From: Azolla caroliniana
Lineage: Eukaryota > Plantae > Polypodiophyta
Length of the DNA: 64,000 nt
Direction: 5' to 3'
Assembly (NCBI GenBank): GCA_043228905.1
Contig: JBHGNT010000011.1
Span: 14,880,001 to 14,944,000 of the forward strand
Made by a program: the position numbers and the translations under genes. The notes under the pieces were generated by a model, which was not told the DNA's origin, searched no databases, and was given only the letters and a program-made list of their open reading frames with translations. This document shows positions 38,621-51,062 of the stretch, piece by piece. The number at the start of each line of letters is the position of its first letter. Position 1 is the stretch's first letter.

Positions 38621-38990
38621 TACACACATTCCATACATACAATATAATACATACATATGCACATGTATAGAACATTCACACACACATTCCCTACATACAA
38701 TACAATACATATATACATATGCACATGTATAGAACATTCACACACACATTCCATACATACAATACAATACATACATATGCACATGTATAGAACATTCACA
38801 CACACAAACACACACACATTACATACATATAACACATGCATTACAATACGATATGTAAATACATACACATGCAATTCAATGAATACAATACAATATGTAC
38901 ACACATACATACATAACATGGAATACAATACAATACATACATATGCGTGCACGCGCGTGCGCACACACACACACGTGTGCTTGCAAATGT
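35467..38990. repeat. Long CA/TA compound microsatellite with higher-order ~60-70 bp units
   Basis: (CA)n runs; repeated CACATGCAATACAATACATACATATGCACAT unit at about 37620-38800; non-satellite island at 37205-37460. Confidence 0.95.
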
Positions 38991-39288
38991 TAATTGCAAG
39001 GTTAAAATATGTGATTTCGGATTGACAAGAGTTGTATTTCATGACAGCCCAACGACTATATTCTAGACAATATAGTAATCTATTTAAATATACACATTTC
39101 ATGTTCTTAACACACAATTTGCAATCTTTAGGTGCTAAGAGATAATTAACTTATTATTTTGCAAAGAAGGTACACTCTCATTGAACTTGTTTCATCTTTG
39201 ATGAATATGAAAGTAGAGTTTGTGCTTGTATTTTTTCTAGTTTGAGTCCAAGAAGAGATTGCTAAAAGTTTTACTAGTTTTTGTGAAG

Positions 39289-39583
39289 ACCTTAGTAAAT
39301 CATTACTTCAAGGGCTTAGCTAAGGTAACCCATCAGTAAGTTGGAGTTTGAATTCGAGAGGAGAAGAGTTTCAAAAAAGGATGTAAGGGAACTCATATAT
39401 CGAGAGGTAATATAAACTTTGGTTTACTGTATAATTTCATCATTATAATGGTATTGATTGAGCCTTCTCTAATTTTTATGAAGATTCTTTTTTTTATTGC
39501 CATTATTAGATCCTTGAGTATCATCTACGTATGCTCAAGGATTGTTTGAGTGGAGGGGATAAGCCCAACTTTTTGTATCCCAA
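39289..39583 (+). pseudogene. Captured fragment of a plant group-D (TDY) MAP kinase gene: two exons and the intron between them
   Basis: Exon 39289-39406 TLVNHYFKGLAK..PISKLEFEFERRRVSKKDVRELIYRE; GT..AG intron 39407-39509; exon from 39510 ILEYHLRMLKDCLSGGDKPNFLYP; small frameshifting deletion after GLAK. Confidence 0.9.
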
Positions 39584-41013
39584 GTTTCTATTGAATTATT
39601 TTTCCAAGGATGCCTTAGATATGATATATCATCTATAGAAACCATATAAGAGTTATATGAGGCCCATTGGTGTAGGTACATACTTGTGTCCCACGTTATG
39701 AACATTAATAACTTGACTTATTCTCAAATAGGTTTCTGAATTTTATAGCAAGAAATTTGAAACCCCCAAAAATTTGGAAAAGAATATATTTTGGATAAAA
39801 TTTAGAATTTTTTTTGAACGTAAGTCATTAATATTTGAAATACATAAGCTAAGATTGGATTGTTTTGTCATAAAGAAAGTATAAGAGCTTTGTTTGGACC
39901 CAATTATATAGAAGTCCTATATCAATGATCCTTAATAACTATTTTGGTATTTTTTATGATGATTCTGTTTATGAGTTACTGATTTTGATAGAAATGCAAC
40001 TTTTGCTTTTCCTCATTCCTTGCATGAACTACTCAGAAGGAAACGAGTAACCAAGAGAGCAACAAGCGTCATCCTCCCTGAAAGGTCATATTATTGAGAT
40101 TCAAAAAGAAAGTATGAAACAAACCAAGGATGTGGAGAGGGCGTAGAGTGATGTTATGGTTATAATACAGGTCCAACATTGAAGATAGAAACTACATGAA
40201 ATTTATAACCTAAAATAAGCTTCTTTGGGTTTTCTATTTATATAGTTGGTCTTTATGAAGATAACCTTTATTGTAAAAAGTATTTTAAGTAGACATTGAA
40301 CAACAAAATGATTAATTTTATCTCATTTTTACAGTGTGATGTCTTACATTTCAAATGGAAATATAACTTATGTTGTCATTTGCTTGATCAATGTATTTGG
40401 GAAAAAATAATGTAGTGGCTTCTTATGAGTTTATCCATTAAACCAAACATAATGTTAATTTGTTAGTAATTTCATTATTGATATGCATTTGGATTGTCCC
40501 ATGTGTGCCCTTTGAGATATGCATGTCAAGTTCAAGATAGATTTTTTTGTAAATTACATTCTTTTTTATCACATCATATTCTTCATATGTTTAAATAAAC
40601 TATTGACATGAACTTATATGTGGCTTATATATGATATACCTCTAATGTTTTTGGGTAATGTTTTTGAATTGTTTGTGCATTACTATATACTTTACACATT
40701 GTGTTTTCAATTTATGTGGTACTTGATGAAGCATTTCTACAAAATTGCATATGCTCTTTAATGTTCTTTCACAAATTTGTGATCCATTCTAGGTCTCTTG
40801 GATTAGAAACTATGTGTGCATGTATATTTTCTATGTAAGGGCATTTAAAATAGGTGGTTATCAAAAAATATATTGGTAATAGGGGGTATTTTTATTAATC
40901 TTTTTTTTACAAAAGGGCCTCTAAAATAGTAAAAAACATACGTATAAGGGCTTTATAAATGATGTCATGAACGCACGTGATACAACCTTCTTATATATAG
41001 TGGAGTCCCTGGG

Positions 41014-41460
41014 ACATATGCAAGGTCTGGTCGGGTCACCACCATTGCGTACATGAAACTTTCTACAGCTGATGCGTAGGGTATTATGCTCATGTGCTTT
41101 CTCTCCTTTTTTGTGGATGGAGAATCTTTGTCCCATAGTTGGAGTGACATCGGAAGTGGTGTTGGTGCTGGCTTTGAATTCTCCATATTGAAGCGCCTCT
41201 AACATCTTTCAGATGTAGTCAGACTGGGAGAGCCAGAGAGTCTTTGTAGATTTTGATTTCACTCGATCCTCATGCCCAATATGCGTTGGGCTTGTTCGAG
41301 TTCCTTCATCGCAAATTTCTTGTGAAGGCTCCACTTTAGCTTTCCGATTTCGTCTTGATTGCTCCTTGCAATCAGCATGTCAGCGCCATATAGGATGAGG
41401 TAGATCTAGGACTCATCGGCCAATTGCTGAGTTTACATACACGGGCCGGAATCGGATTGG
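41014..41460 (-). pseudogene. Copia RT, upstream continuation of 21952-22850
   Basis: PYASAVESFMYAMVVTRPDLAYV; FAMKELEQAQRILG. Confidence 0.9.
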
Positions 41461-41464
41461 ATGT

Positions 41465-41534
41465 AGACAAGCTATTTGTAAATAATCGAGGGTGCTTCTA
41501 TGCAGTGGAAGAATTGTGTGTCTGTGTGTGTGTG

Positions 41535-41574
<40 letters not shown>

Positions 41575-42350
41575 GAAAACTGTATTACAAGAAAAACAAG
41601 AATGACCAACAATTACAAAGAGAAGGAGAAGATGCTTACATAGTCACCTTCTCTCTAGGTTCTCTCACTAGAGTCGCCTCTTGGGAAGGAGGTGAAGTCT
41701 TAACTACCTAAAGATTATGTTTCATAGAACATTAATATCCTATGACGCACTAGTTACTATAGAAGGAGGTGGGCTGTTCACACACTTGAGTATCCTAGAG
41801 TGTGTTCCCACGCACGGGAAGTTGAGTTTGATTCTCAACAAGCCCCTTCAAACACAACTTCTGGTTGTCGGGTGGTTGGTTCAGACTAGTCTTTGAGTCG
41901 GCTTCAACTTCGAATGACTGAGTTTGATTCTCAACATGCCCTTCAAACATAATTTCCAGTTGTTGGGTGCGTTTCGGCTTCGAATGACCGGTTCACTCCT
42001 GCTGCTCCTTACTCCCCCTCAAGCTCAGCTGGTCAATGGGCGAAAGACCCAGGTTCGTCGTGAATTGCCACAGATTGTCGACTCCTAGGGCCTTGGTGAA
42101 GATGTCGGTCGTCTACAGGTTCGTGATCATTGATGATGTGATGTAGGTCGACATCCTCGGCCAGAACACGCTCTCGGATGAAGTGATAGTGCACTTCGAT
42201 GTGCTTGGTCCGAGCATGGAAAATTGGGTTTCAGGCCAGGTGGATGTTGCTCATGTTGTCGCAATACAGGAGAATCAGATCCTTGATGGGAACACTCAGG
42301 TCCTTCAGTATTCTCTAGAGCCAAACAACTTCACATGCGGCTACGGCCGC
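41465..42350 (-). mobile_element. Copia 3' remnant (RNase H end and LTR), related to the 24629 family, with a duplicated PPT/LTR-start segment
   Basis: YCDNMSNIHLA, HARTKHIEVHYHFIRERV, DIFTKALG; TGTTGAGAATCAAACTC occurs twice on the minus strand (about 41823-41840 and 41919-41936). Confidence 0.8.
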
Positions 42351-42351
42351 A

Positions 42352-43648
42352 AAAATGTGCAAAATGTTCAGCTCGGTCGGAGTCGATTCGCGTTCGCCTA
42401 TTGGGTTCGGGGTCGGGGTCGGATCCATCTTGAAGGTGTCCTTGTTGCGTTCGTTCTCCTATGGTGTCTCATGGGGTAGTGGATGGGAAGGGGTGCTGGG
42501 CTGCACATGTTGCTCTGTGATCTCTAGAAGCTCCTCAGCTGGCTGTTGCTCGGTGTTGTTTGCGTCCAGCATGGGCTCCATGGATGGTTTCCATTCCTTC
42601 ACTATTTCTTGCTCTTTCTCCGCTTGCACCCGTGCAGTGTCGTATGCTTCCATTTCTAGTGCGAAGTGGATTTGATCTTCGCTGAATTCTTCCAGAAGCT
42701 ACATTATTTTAGCGGAGTGTTGCTCAATGAGTGCCTTGCAGTCCCCTACAAGGTCTGTCCAAATAGCGCTAACGCTTTCCTCGTCGAGTTTGTAGAACCC
42801 ACAACCTTCTTTCCTTCGGTTCTCCTGGTCCTCTTGAAACATCTGAAGTTCAGCGGCTTGCGTGAACCAGTCGTCCCAGCCTCATTGCAGTTTGTCTGCG
42901 ATCATGCTGATGACTGATTCCTTCCGATTGGCGAGCAACGTCTGGATCCTTTCGACAGACATCTCCATTTTTGTCCGCATATGCTATATGGTCTCCTCAA
43001 GTTGCTTAATCGTACATGCAGCGCACCCTAATTGAATGGGTCTTGAATGAGACCCATGTTTGTCTGCAAGATTTTTAATTCCTTCTCGTGCAACTCCAGG
43101 ACCTCCATACACGTCATTTCTAGCCACATTCGGGATTGTATTTCCTCCAGCAATTTGCTCTCGGTTGCCATCTGTTCCTCGTACACTCCTTCTACATTGT
43201 CTTAGTCTCCCTTAGTTCCTCGAGCGTTTGTTCAGCCCGTGTGGTGGTCTGTTTTTGTTCGTCGAGAGCAGCTAAAGTCTGGTTGTGTGCGAACATCGAC
43301 ACATCCAACTTCTCTTGGAGTGCTTTTACACTCTTCCGGGTAGTAGCCCGAATGCTCGTTTGGCGATCCGATGATTGGCGGTGTTCGGACCAGAGCTGTT
43401 CGATCTCCATCTCGACAATTGTGGCCGCTTTCTTTGCCCTCACCGTCAGTGCCTGCTATGCTTCTTCTTCCTCGCGTAGTGCCTAGATTTCGATTGTGGT
43501 GGGGCCATATGTGGTGGCACCGTAGTCAATTTGGCTTCCTGCAACTACTGTTCTAATTGGGTGATCATGTTTTGCATGTCTTGCAGTTGCCGCTTAATCT
43601 CTTTTGTCGTTCGCCGCGATTGCTTGTTTTTGTAGGCCATGTCTTTTG
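42352..43648 (-). pseudogene. Degraded coiled-coil-rich ORF of unknown origin, possibly a retroelement accessory ORF
   Basis: E/Q/K/L-rich frames 43192..43443 and 42459..42653 broken by stops; no motif recognised. Confidence 0.4.
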
Positions 43649-43899
43649 TGTTAGGATTGCGACCAACTACAATTGGTTTCACTTCCAAATATTCAAGTGC
43701 AAAGATCAAGACAGATAGTACACGGACAGAAAAAACGAGAAGGCAAAAAACACAATTACAGAGACAATATTTTAGGTGGAAAACCCGAAAGGAAAAACCA
43801 CGAGAGTCCTCGAACTCCGAACTAGATCACTATAAGGGGAGGAGTACAACGAGACGCTCCAAGGCAACTAACTTGAGCTCTCCATCATTAGACAAATGG

Positions 43900-45281
43900 T
43901 GTCGCGTTGCTATGCGCGTGCGTGGAGAACGAGGCGGGACCACCGGGGTCTTGGACCGAGAAATAGCTGAGAAGGAGGAGAACGGAAAGGCAACGTGTGC
44001 ACTTGCACAAGCCCAGACACGGGAACACACAGGAATCACAGTCCAACAACACAGCAAACGAGACGACTAGAAGTCCGAGTATATGAACATGTATGTATAT
44101 AAATATATATATATATATATCAAACAAGCCCAGACACGGGAACACACAGGAATCACAGTCCAACAACACAGCAAACGAGACGACTAGAAGTCCGAGTATA
44201 TGAACATGTATGTATATAAAAATATATATATATATATCAAGACGGTTACAACTAACAGGCCGGCAAGGTGAACACCGCCGCCTGTTCACTCACACACACA
44301 GAAGAGCGGGATGGAGACTCTGTCGGAAGTACACGGGCGTTCCACAGAGCAGAGTCAGCCTCCCGAAAACCTGCGCAAAATGGCTATGGAGAGTGGCAGA
44401 GGAGAAGGGCTCGGTCCCAGTCCGGCAGCACTTCGTCCTCTCTAACGCGCGATCCCTTTTCCCATTCCTCTCCCTCTCTTTTATAGCCCAAGGAGGGAGG
44501 CCGTTATCATCCGTTACATCACATTAATTCTCTGTCCTTTCGAACAGAGATACACCTTGATTCTCTCCCTATTGAATGCGTGCTACCTAGGATTTCACCT
44601 CAGCCGACTTGTACCTACCTACTTACCATACAACAAAAAGTGTGCTCGCCTGTAAGGGCCGGTTTACTCACACTAAACTCGGTTTCCGACTAGGGACGGT
44701 TTTCTTCACGACATCTGCCCCCACTTAACCGCGCATCCACCGGTATGCGCCAAAATTGGGCTCTTGCTGGAGAAAACCGGTCCAATATTCACTCGTCGTC
44801 TTCCGGATCGTCATCCGCCTCGGACCGCCCGTCGTCGTCGTCCATGCTTTCCAGATCCGGCTCGCACTTGTGTCGTTTCTTAAACTCTTTGAGCCTCTTC
44901 CCCGCTACTGGTATTGCCATCCTCGTACCATCGAGCTCCGCAAGATGGTAAGTCCCGTTGTCGTTGGCGCCTGTCACCACGTAAGGCCCGAACCACCTCC
45001 TTGCAAACTTCCGCGTTGCCCTGTGCTGGTTGTCGAGGCTGCTGTCATACACTAGGACCCAATCGCCTTCCTCGATTTTCTTCGGTCGCAGTCAGTTAGT
45101 CCGATCAAACTGCCCTTTGTTCTTCAACCTTGCCAACCGAAGCTTCTCCGCGGTTCGTTCCACGTCCTCCGGCCTTCGCTCGAGCCGTCGAATCCGTGCC
45201 TGACGAAGATGAACAAAGAAGGCCATAGAGACACACAGAGTGACAGCCACGGACAATGAACATTTCTCTCTATCTCTCTTT

Positions 45282-45322
<41 letters not shown>

Positions 45323-48300
45323 CCTCAACGTTGAACCCCCTTGGGAGGGGGGTGGAGCCATTCTAGGCACCACCCCCCACCCCACAATGCTTCTCAATGG
45401 TTGTCTTGTTCTTCACGTCCTCTCTCATCATCACACATTCATTATCAATCTACCATCATTGGTAGCCCTATTCCTATCTTTATCATTATCATCCCTAACC
45501 CTAAAAACGTATAACATTAGCTTCTCGAACGTGGCTCACGTTCCGCGGTGTCCGGGCTAAGGACTTTCGTGGTAGGCCTTCAACAACTCCTCCTGTTCCT
45601 CCTTCTTCACCACCACTCGGAGTGGGATGTCGTCCCTCTTCTTCGGGTGTTTCCATATGTACCCGTCCCAAAGGAAAAATCGGTACGCTTTCTTCCGGAT
45701 CCGGTTGGTCTCTTCCTTTGTCCACGCCACATCCGGTGTCATTGTTTTCAAGAGCCCGCCGATCTGTAGCCACTCCCTGTCATACTTGCTCTCGTCGAAT
45801 TCCTTAAGCGCCGGAGTGCTCCCCTTTCTGGTCGTCACGTATGCCACCTCGAAGAAATCTACGCCGACTTTCTCGTCCTCCGAAACCATGCCATCCTCGT
45901 TTTCGAACCTCACCCTCGAGAGCATGTCGGCCATGGCATTGTCTTTTCCGGAAATGTGTCGTATCTCCGGATTCAGGGACTTGATGTATGCTATCCACCT
46001 GAGCATTGCCAGGTCCGGCGTCGCGCATCCGGAAACCATACCGAGAATCGGCAGGCAGTTTGTCTCGATTATTACCTCTGTCCCGATCAGGTAGTCTTTA
46101 TCGGCCTTCACTGCCGAAACGATACCCCAAAGTTCGCGTTTAACCTGGGCGTATCCTCGTTGTTTCTCACTTAGGACCTTCGCGCCAAACCGGATGGGGA
46201 ACCTCGTGCCAATGTCATCCTCTTGGTTGATCACCCACCCGATCCCGGTCGGGCTCGTGTCCACTGTCACGTAGATGGGGACGCCCTTGCTGTAAGCCGC
46301 TTTACGGAGAGCCGGTGCTACCGTAAGCGCCTCCTTTAGTCTCCGGACCGATTCCGTGTGCTCCGTCCTCCACTCGAACCTACGCCCTTTCTTCAATAGC
46401 CCGTAGAGCGGCTCCGCGACATGCGCGTAGTGCGGAATCCAGATGTGGTAGAACGAGCACGCCCCCAAGAATCCGCGGACCTCTGTAACTGACCCGCAGT
46501 CGTTCTTCATCGTGGAGATGGCTTCCACCTTTGCTAGAGACGGTTTCCTACCGTAAGGCCCGCACAGGTGTCCGACCACCAAGATCTCTGACTGCCTGAA
46601 CGCCGATTTTTCTCTGGAGAAGGTGAGTCGTGCGCTCTCAAGCCTCTGGAGCACCTTCTCGCAGTCGTCGATGTGGTTCACGACGAACCTCCGGCATCCA
46701 TCCGGCTCGACAGTCTTGTCCGCATCTTCCACCGAACACCCCTTTATTGGGATGTCGTCCAAGAATGGCATGGTGATGTCCGGGATACAGTCCCTCAACA
46801 CCTTGTTCATTGCGTTCACCATATGCGCCACCGAATTCGTCCCTCCTTGTGGTAGGGTACACATCCACACTAGGCTGAGAGGAGTCCGCATCGTCGTAAT
46901 GCCTCTGCTCTCCACGGCTAGTTGGAACTGACGAGTACACATCACCGACAGAGTAAATCGACCTTCCAGCGAAGGCCTCTGCGAACTCGTCTATGGTCGG
47001 TCTGATTCCTGCGTTACGGATGGTCACCTTGTTGACTGGTTGCCGGTCCTAAATGAAGCGCAACGTGCCGTTCTTCTTCGGCACCGTAAACCACCGATTC
47101 GAATACGGGGCACTCGACGGCTCGAGGATGCCCATCTCCAGCTTTTGCTTTAGAAGCTCCATCAACTTCGGGATGTGAGCTCTCGGCACCGGAATCGGTT
47201 TGAGATTCCATGGTACATGCGGTATCGTGAAGATCACCATCGGTTCAACGATCGTCTGGTCCACGCACCCGATCTCCCCCGGCGAGAACGCGAAGGCTTT
47301 CCCATGCCTTCCGAGCATTCTCCGAAACCTAAACCCTAAACCCTCTCTAAAAATCCCCTCGGTTGCCGCCACCGAGGGTCTCGCGATTCCTCTCATGGTT
47401 CGGTCATACGGTCATGAATTGGACGGAATGCCGACCGTCCTGGCTCTTGACGCGCGCGTACGCCGAACCTTTGTCTTGCACTTTCATCTCCATGCGCACT
47501 GCCGTAATGTATGGTTCGCCGAGAATCACCGGGTGCGAGGATGTTTCCTGCACGAAGAAAAGTTGATCTATCTCGACGTCACCGACCTTTACGCGTATAT
47601 TCGAGCACGCCCCATGCAGCTCCTTCGTAGCACGCGTCGCCGCGCGTATCTTCCACCCATGCTTGGTGTTGATCGGCCATTTACCCCTCTTGTAGAAATC
47701 CATGGACATCAGGTTGATTTCGGATCCATGGTCTACCAAGGCCGCCACCGGTTCCGGAACATCGCCGATCCGCACAGGGGTTTCCATAGTTTCCCTAGCC
47801 CAATGCGGCTTCGCATAGTGGCTTTCCGCCAACTCGTCTTCTAGGGCCGCGTCCTCTATGTGCGTCGTTCGCACTTCCACTGGCTTCTCCGGCTCTGGCT
47901 CTATCGACAACCTCTTCCTCTTCACCAAATCTACGATGGAGTCGTGGAACTCCTTCTTGGCGATCCCAAGCACTTCCCTCAGCGACAGCTCCACTTTGCT
48001 GTCGAGGATACGTTCCTCCAGGACCTTTCGCAGGTCCGTGGTTCTTTCGATTTCCGTGCTCAACCGGTACCCGGCCGTCTTGGCTTTATCCGGTGCGCCG
48101 GTCGCACTAGCCTCATTCTGCCTTTGACCGAACCGGGTCTCGTACCGTTGCGAGGGCCCGGCCCCTCCGGTTTTACCTACTCGCTTTTCTTCCACCAGAG
48201 CCTCGTAGTTCTGGCATGTGGCTTCAACGAAGCCCGACTTCTCTTCGACCGGGTCACTCCACCCGGTTACCTCCCGGACCCGTTTTTCCGTGCGGTCCGC

Positions 48301-50217
48301 TTCTTCTTTCCTTAGTCGTGCGCCGGCGAGGCCTTCCAGCATCAGTGGCCAGAATCCGGCTTCGTTCGTCTTCCGGGCCTCACCACCTCCGACCCGGATC
48401 CCAGCCGACGCCGAGTAGTGAACGGTCTCCGCATGGCGAGCCGCCGCTTCTTCCGATCAGCCGTCTCATACCCCCTCATCCGACATTCAGGTCCAGGGCC
48501 CTTCGGGTCTCGCTAGCGTGCACCTGACCGTTCCATAGGTACACCACGTTGGCTTTCATTGCCTTGACGAAGTCCCCGCAATCCTTCCGGACATGGCCGA
48601 CCGCGTCGCACCACAAACACCGGTTTCCAGCCAGAGGCCTTCGGTCACAGACCTGTTCGCCGCCGTCCCTCCGTGCCTGTGCAATCTGGAGGTCCTTTAC
48701 GATCCTAGTCAGCTCCTCTAGAGCTGCTCCTCCAGACGAGCCTTTGACCATGCCGTTCGAAGTTGATCCGGTCTCGAGCCAGTCTCGGGTCTCTTCCCTT
48801 CGCGCTAGCAGGGTTGGCTCGAGTTTCCTTGTTGCTACAGAGCCCGCCCCTGTCGATCCTTTATCGACCCACTCTCGCCGTTTGTCGAAACGGCCACAAA
48901 CTCTCTTCACCACGGCCCAATCGGTCGTCAGCCCGTCATCAGTCTCCAGCAGGAGACCCACTTGCTCCCAATCCCTCGCATCCACCGACTTAACGAACAG
49001 CAGGACGCGACTTGTGTCTAGTACGGACCGATCGAGCGCCGAAAGACGCGCAAAGCGTTCTTCAAACTCCCGGAGGAGCATTGACGCGTTTCTCCCCTTT
49101 TCGAGGGTCTCTACCCATTCCATGAAGTCTCGTTTCGAGAGCCGAAGCGCGTCATCAAGCCCGTATTTTTTGAGGAGCCGACCTTCAAACTCTTCCCAGG
49201 TCTGATTCTCAGCCCATACCTCGAGCACCTCCGCATGGATGCCCGACATCGCCACCCGAGGGAATCCGGTCAGTCGCCTTTCTTCCGGAATGTCTCTCAT
49301 TACCATCTCGGCCCAGTAGGCCTCCAAATAGCTCGTGGCGTCCTTCCCACCGAACCGGCCTATCGTGTCGACGACCGCTTCAATAGCCCTATTAAGGGCA
49401 CCTACGCCTTCGCGCGTACTCACTATCCGATCCACAGCCGAAGCCATGGCTTCCACGAGATCCGACCCCCTCATCTTTTTATTCCTCTACCGCCTCTTCA
49501 CGTCGGGTTCACCAAATATGTCGCGTTGTTACACGCGTGCGTGGAGAACGAGGCGGGACCACCGGGGTCTTGGACCGAGAAATAGCTGAGAAGGAGGAGA
49601 ACGGAAAGGCAATGTGCGCACTTGCACACGCACAGACACGGGAGCACACAGGAATCACAGTCCAACAACGCAGCAAACGAGACGACTAGAAGTCCGAGTA
49701 TATGAACACGTATGTATATAAATATATATATATATATATATCAAGATGGTTACAACTAACAGGTCAGCAAGGCGAACATTGCCGCCTGTTCACTCACACA
49801 CACAGAAGAGCGGGATGGAGACTTTGCCAGAAGTACACGGGCGTTCCACGGAGCAGAGTTAGCCTCCCGAAAACCTACACAAAATGGCTATGGAGAGTGG
49901 CAGAGGAGAAGGGCTCAGTCCCAGTCCAGCAACACTTCGTCCTCTCTAACGCGCGATCCCTTTTCCCATTCCTCTCCCTCTCTTTTATAGCCCAAGGAGG
50001 GAGGCCGTTATCATCCGTTACATCACATTAATTCTCTGTCCTTTCGGACAGAGATACACCTCGATTCTCTCCCTATTGAATGCGTGCTACCTAGGATTTC
50101 ACCTCAGCCGACTTGTACCTACCTACTTACCATACAACAAAAAGTGTGCTCGCCTGTAAGGGCCGGTTTACTCACGCTAAACTCGGTTTCCTCCTAGGGA
50201 CGGTTTTCTTCACGACA
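43900..50217 (-). mobile_element. Phygy-like Gypsy element with both LTRs (43900-44713 and 49519-50217), internally deleted
   Basis: TSD ATGG at 43896-43899 and 50218-50221; Trp PBS 49498-49514; gag 48476..49474, PR 47404..48342, RT-RH 45557..46945; 117-bp tandem duplication in the 3' LTR only (44007-44240). Confidence 0.95.
45201..45516. mobile_element. Unrelated short solo LTR-like insert replacing the host integrase core
   Basis: TG..CA ends; no TSD; host jumps from TFEKL to ARIRRLERR. Confidence 0.65.
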
Positions 50218-51062
50218 ATGGTTGTAGAGACACTCACTCGCACACTCTCACTCACTCACTCTCGTTCTTACACAGTTTTTGAGGCAACTATCCATTGTGT
50301 GTCTATACAACAATGATCAACAACTATATACCATAAAGTGTGCCCTAATTGTATTTATACATATACAATTTTCTAGTTATTTACATACATAGCTCACAAG
50401 GGGCACATTTAGACTATTTACATATATATAGTCAGCCGATTTCAGTTTCAGTTTTCGATTTCGGCCTCAACCGAAATACTCATTGACTCCATCTGATTCG
50501 GGTCATTCTCTTCCCATTCGGAGGGACCCATTTCCCAACAAACTCCCCCTTCACTCCGGCATGAAGTACTTCACCAGTCTGACCATCTATCGATATTCGT
50601 TCAATTTCTCTGTTGACAATACTTTCGTTAGCGTGTTTAATCCATTTTTGGCCGTGTGGATCTTTACTAGAGAAAACTCTTTTTCTTCTACTCGCTCTTG
50701 GAGCCAATCATATCTTCTTTGGATGTGCTTGGTCCTCGAGTAGTAGGCGACATTCTTCGCAAGGTGGATGGCACTCTGGTTATCGCAATGGACTCAGAAT
50801 TCCTCTTGTCGAATCCCCAACACTTTGATGAACTCTTTCATCCAAATGATTTCCTTGCCGACTTCTACTATGGCCATGTACTTGGCTTCCGTGGTTGATA
50901 GCGCCACGACCTTTTGCAGTCTCGACTACCACGAGACAACTCCCCCTACATAAGTCATCACGTATCCGGACGTGGATCGGCTGGTATCCACATCAGCCGA
51001 CATGTCCGAATCAGTATAACCTTCTAGTGAGGGGTTACCTAAGCCGAATCAGAGGCACATGC

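Larger units (their letters stand above)
22851..41013. mobile_element. Putative non-autonomous Pack-type DNA transposon with an 8-bp TSD and bipartite TIRs
   Basis: ACATATGC duplicated at 22843-22850 and 41014-41021; removal restores Copia RT TRPDLAYVVGVVSRY; TIR positions 1-15 match 11/15 and positions 35-49 match 13/15. Confidence 0.85.
43649..51062 (-). mobile_element. Copia 3' remnant: LTR (43649-43899 plus 50218-50540), PPT and RNase H (about 50560-51062), split by the nested Gypsy
   Basis: TCCCAACA|AACTCCCCCTTC; VVSW*SRLQKVVALSTTEAKY, HCDNQSAIHLAKN. Confidence 0.85.

Noticed and set aside
37468-39117. 549-aa Cys/Val/Tyr-rich ORF and the many His/Thr/Ile-rich ORFs in 23000-24700 and 35400-39000
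   Set aside because: Artefacts of CA/TA microsatellite, which rarely generates stop codons
39510-39542. Hairpin ATCCTTGAG..CTCAAGGAT as a Helitron or terminator signal
   Set aside because: Falls within MAPK coding sequence (ILE..LKD) and is likely coincidental
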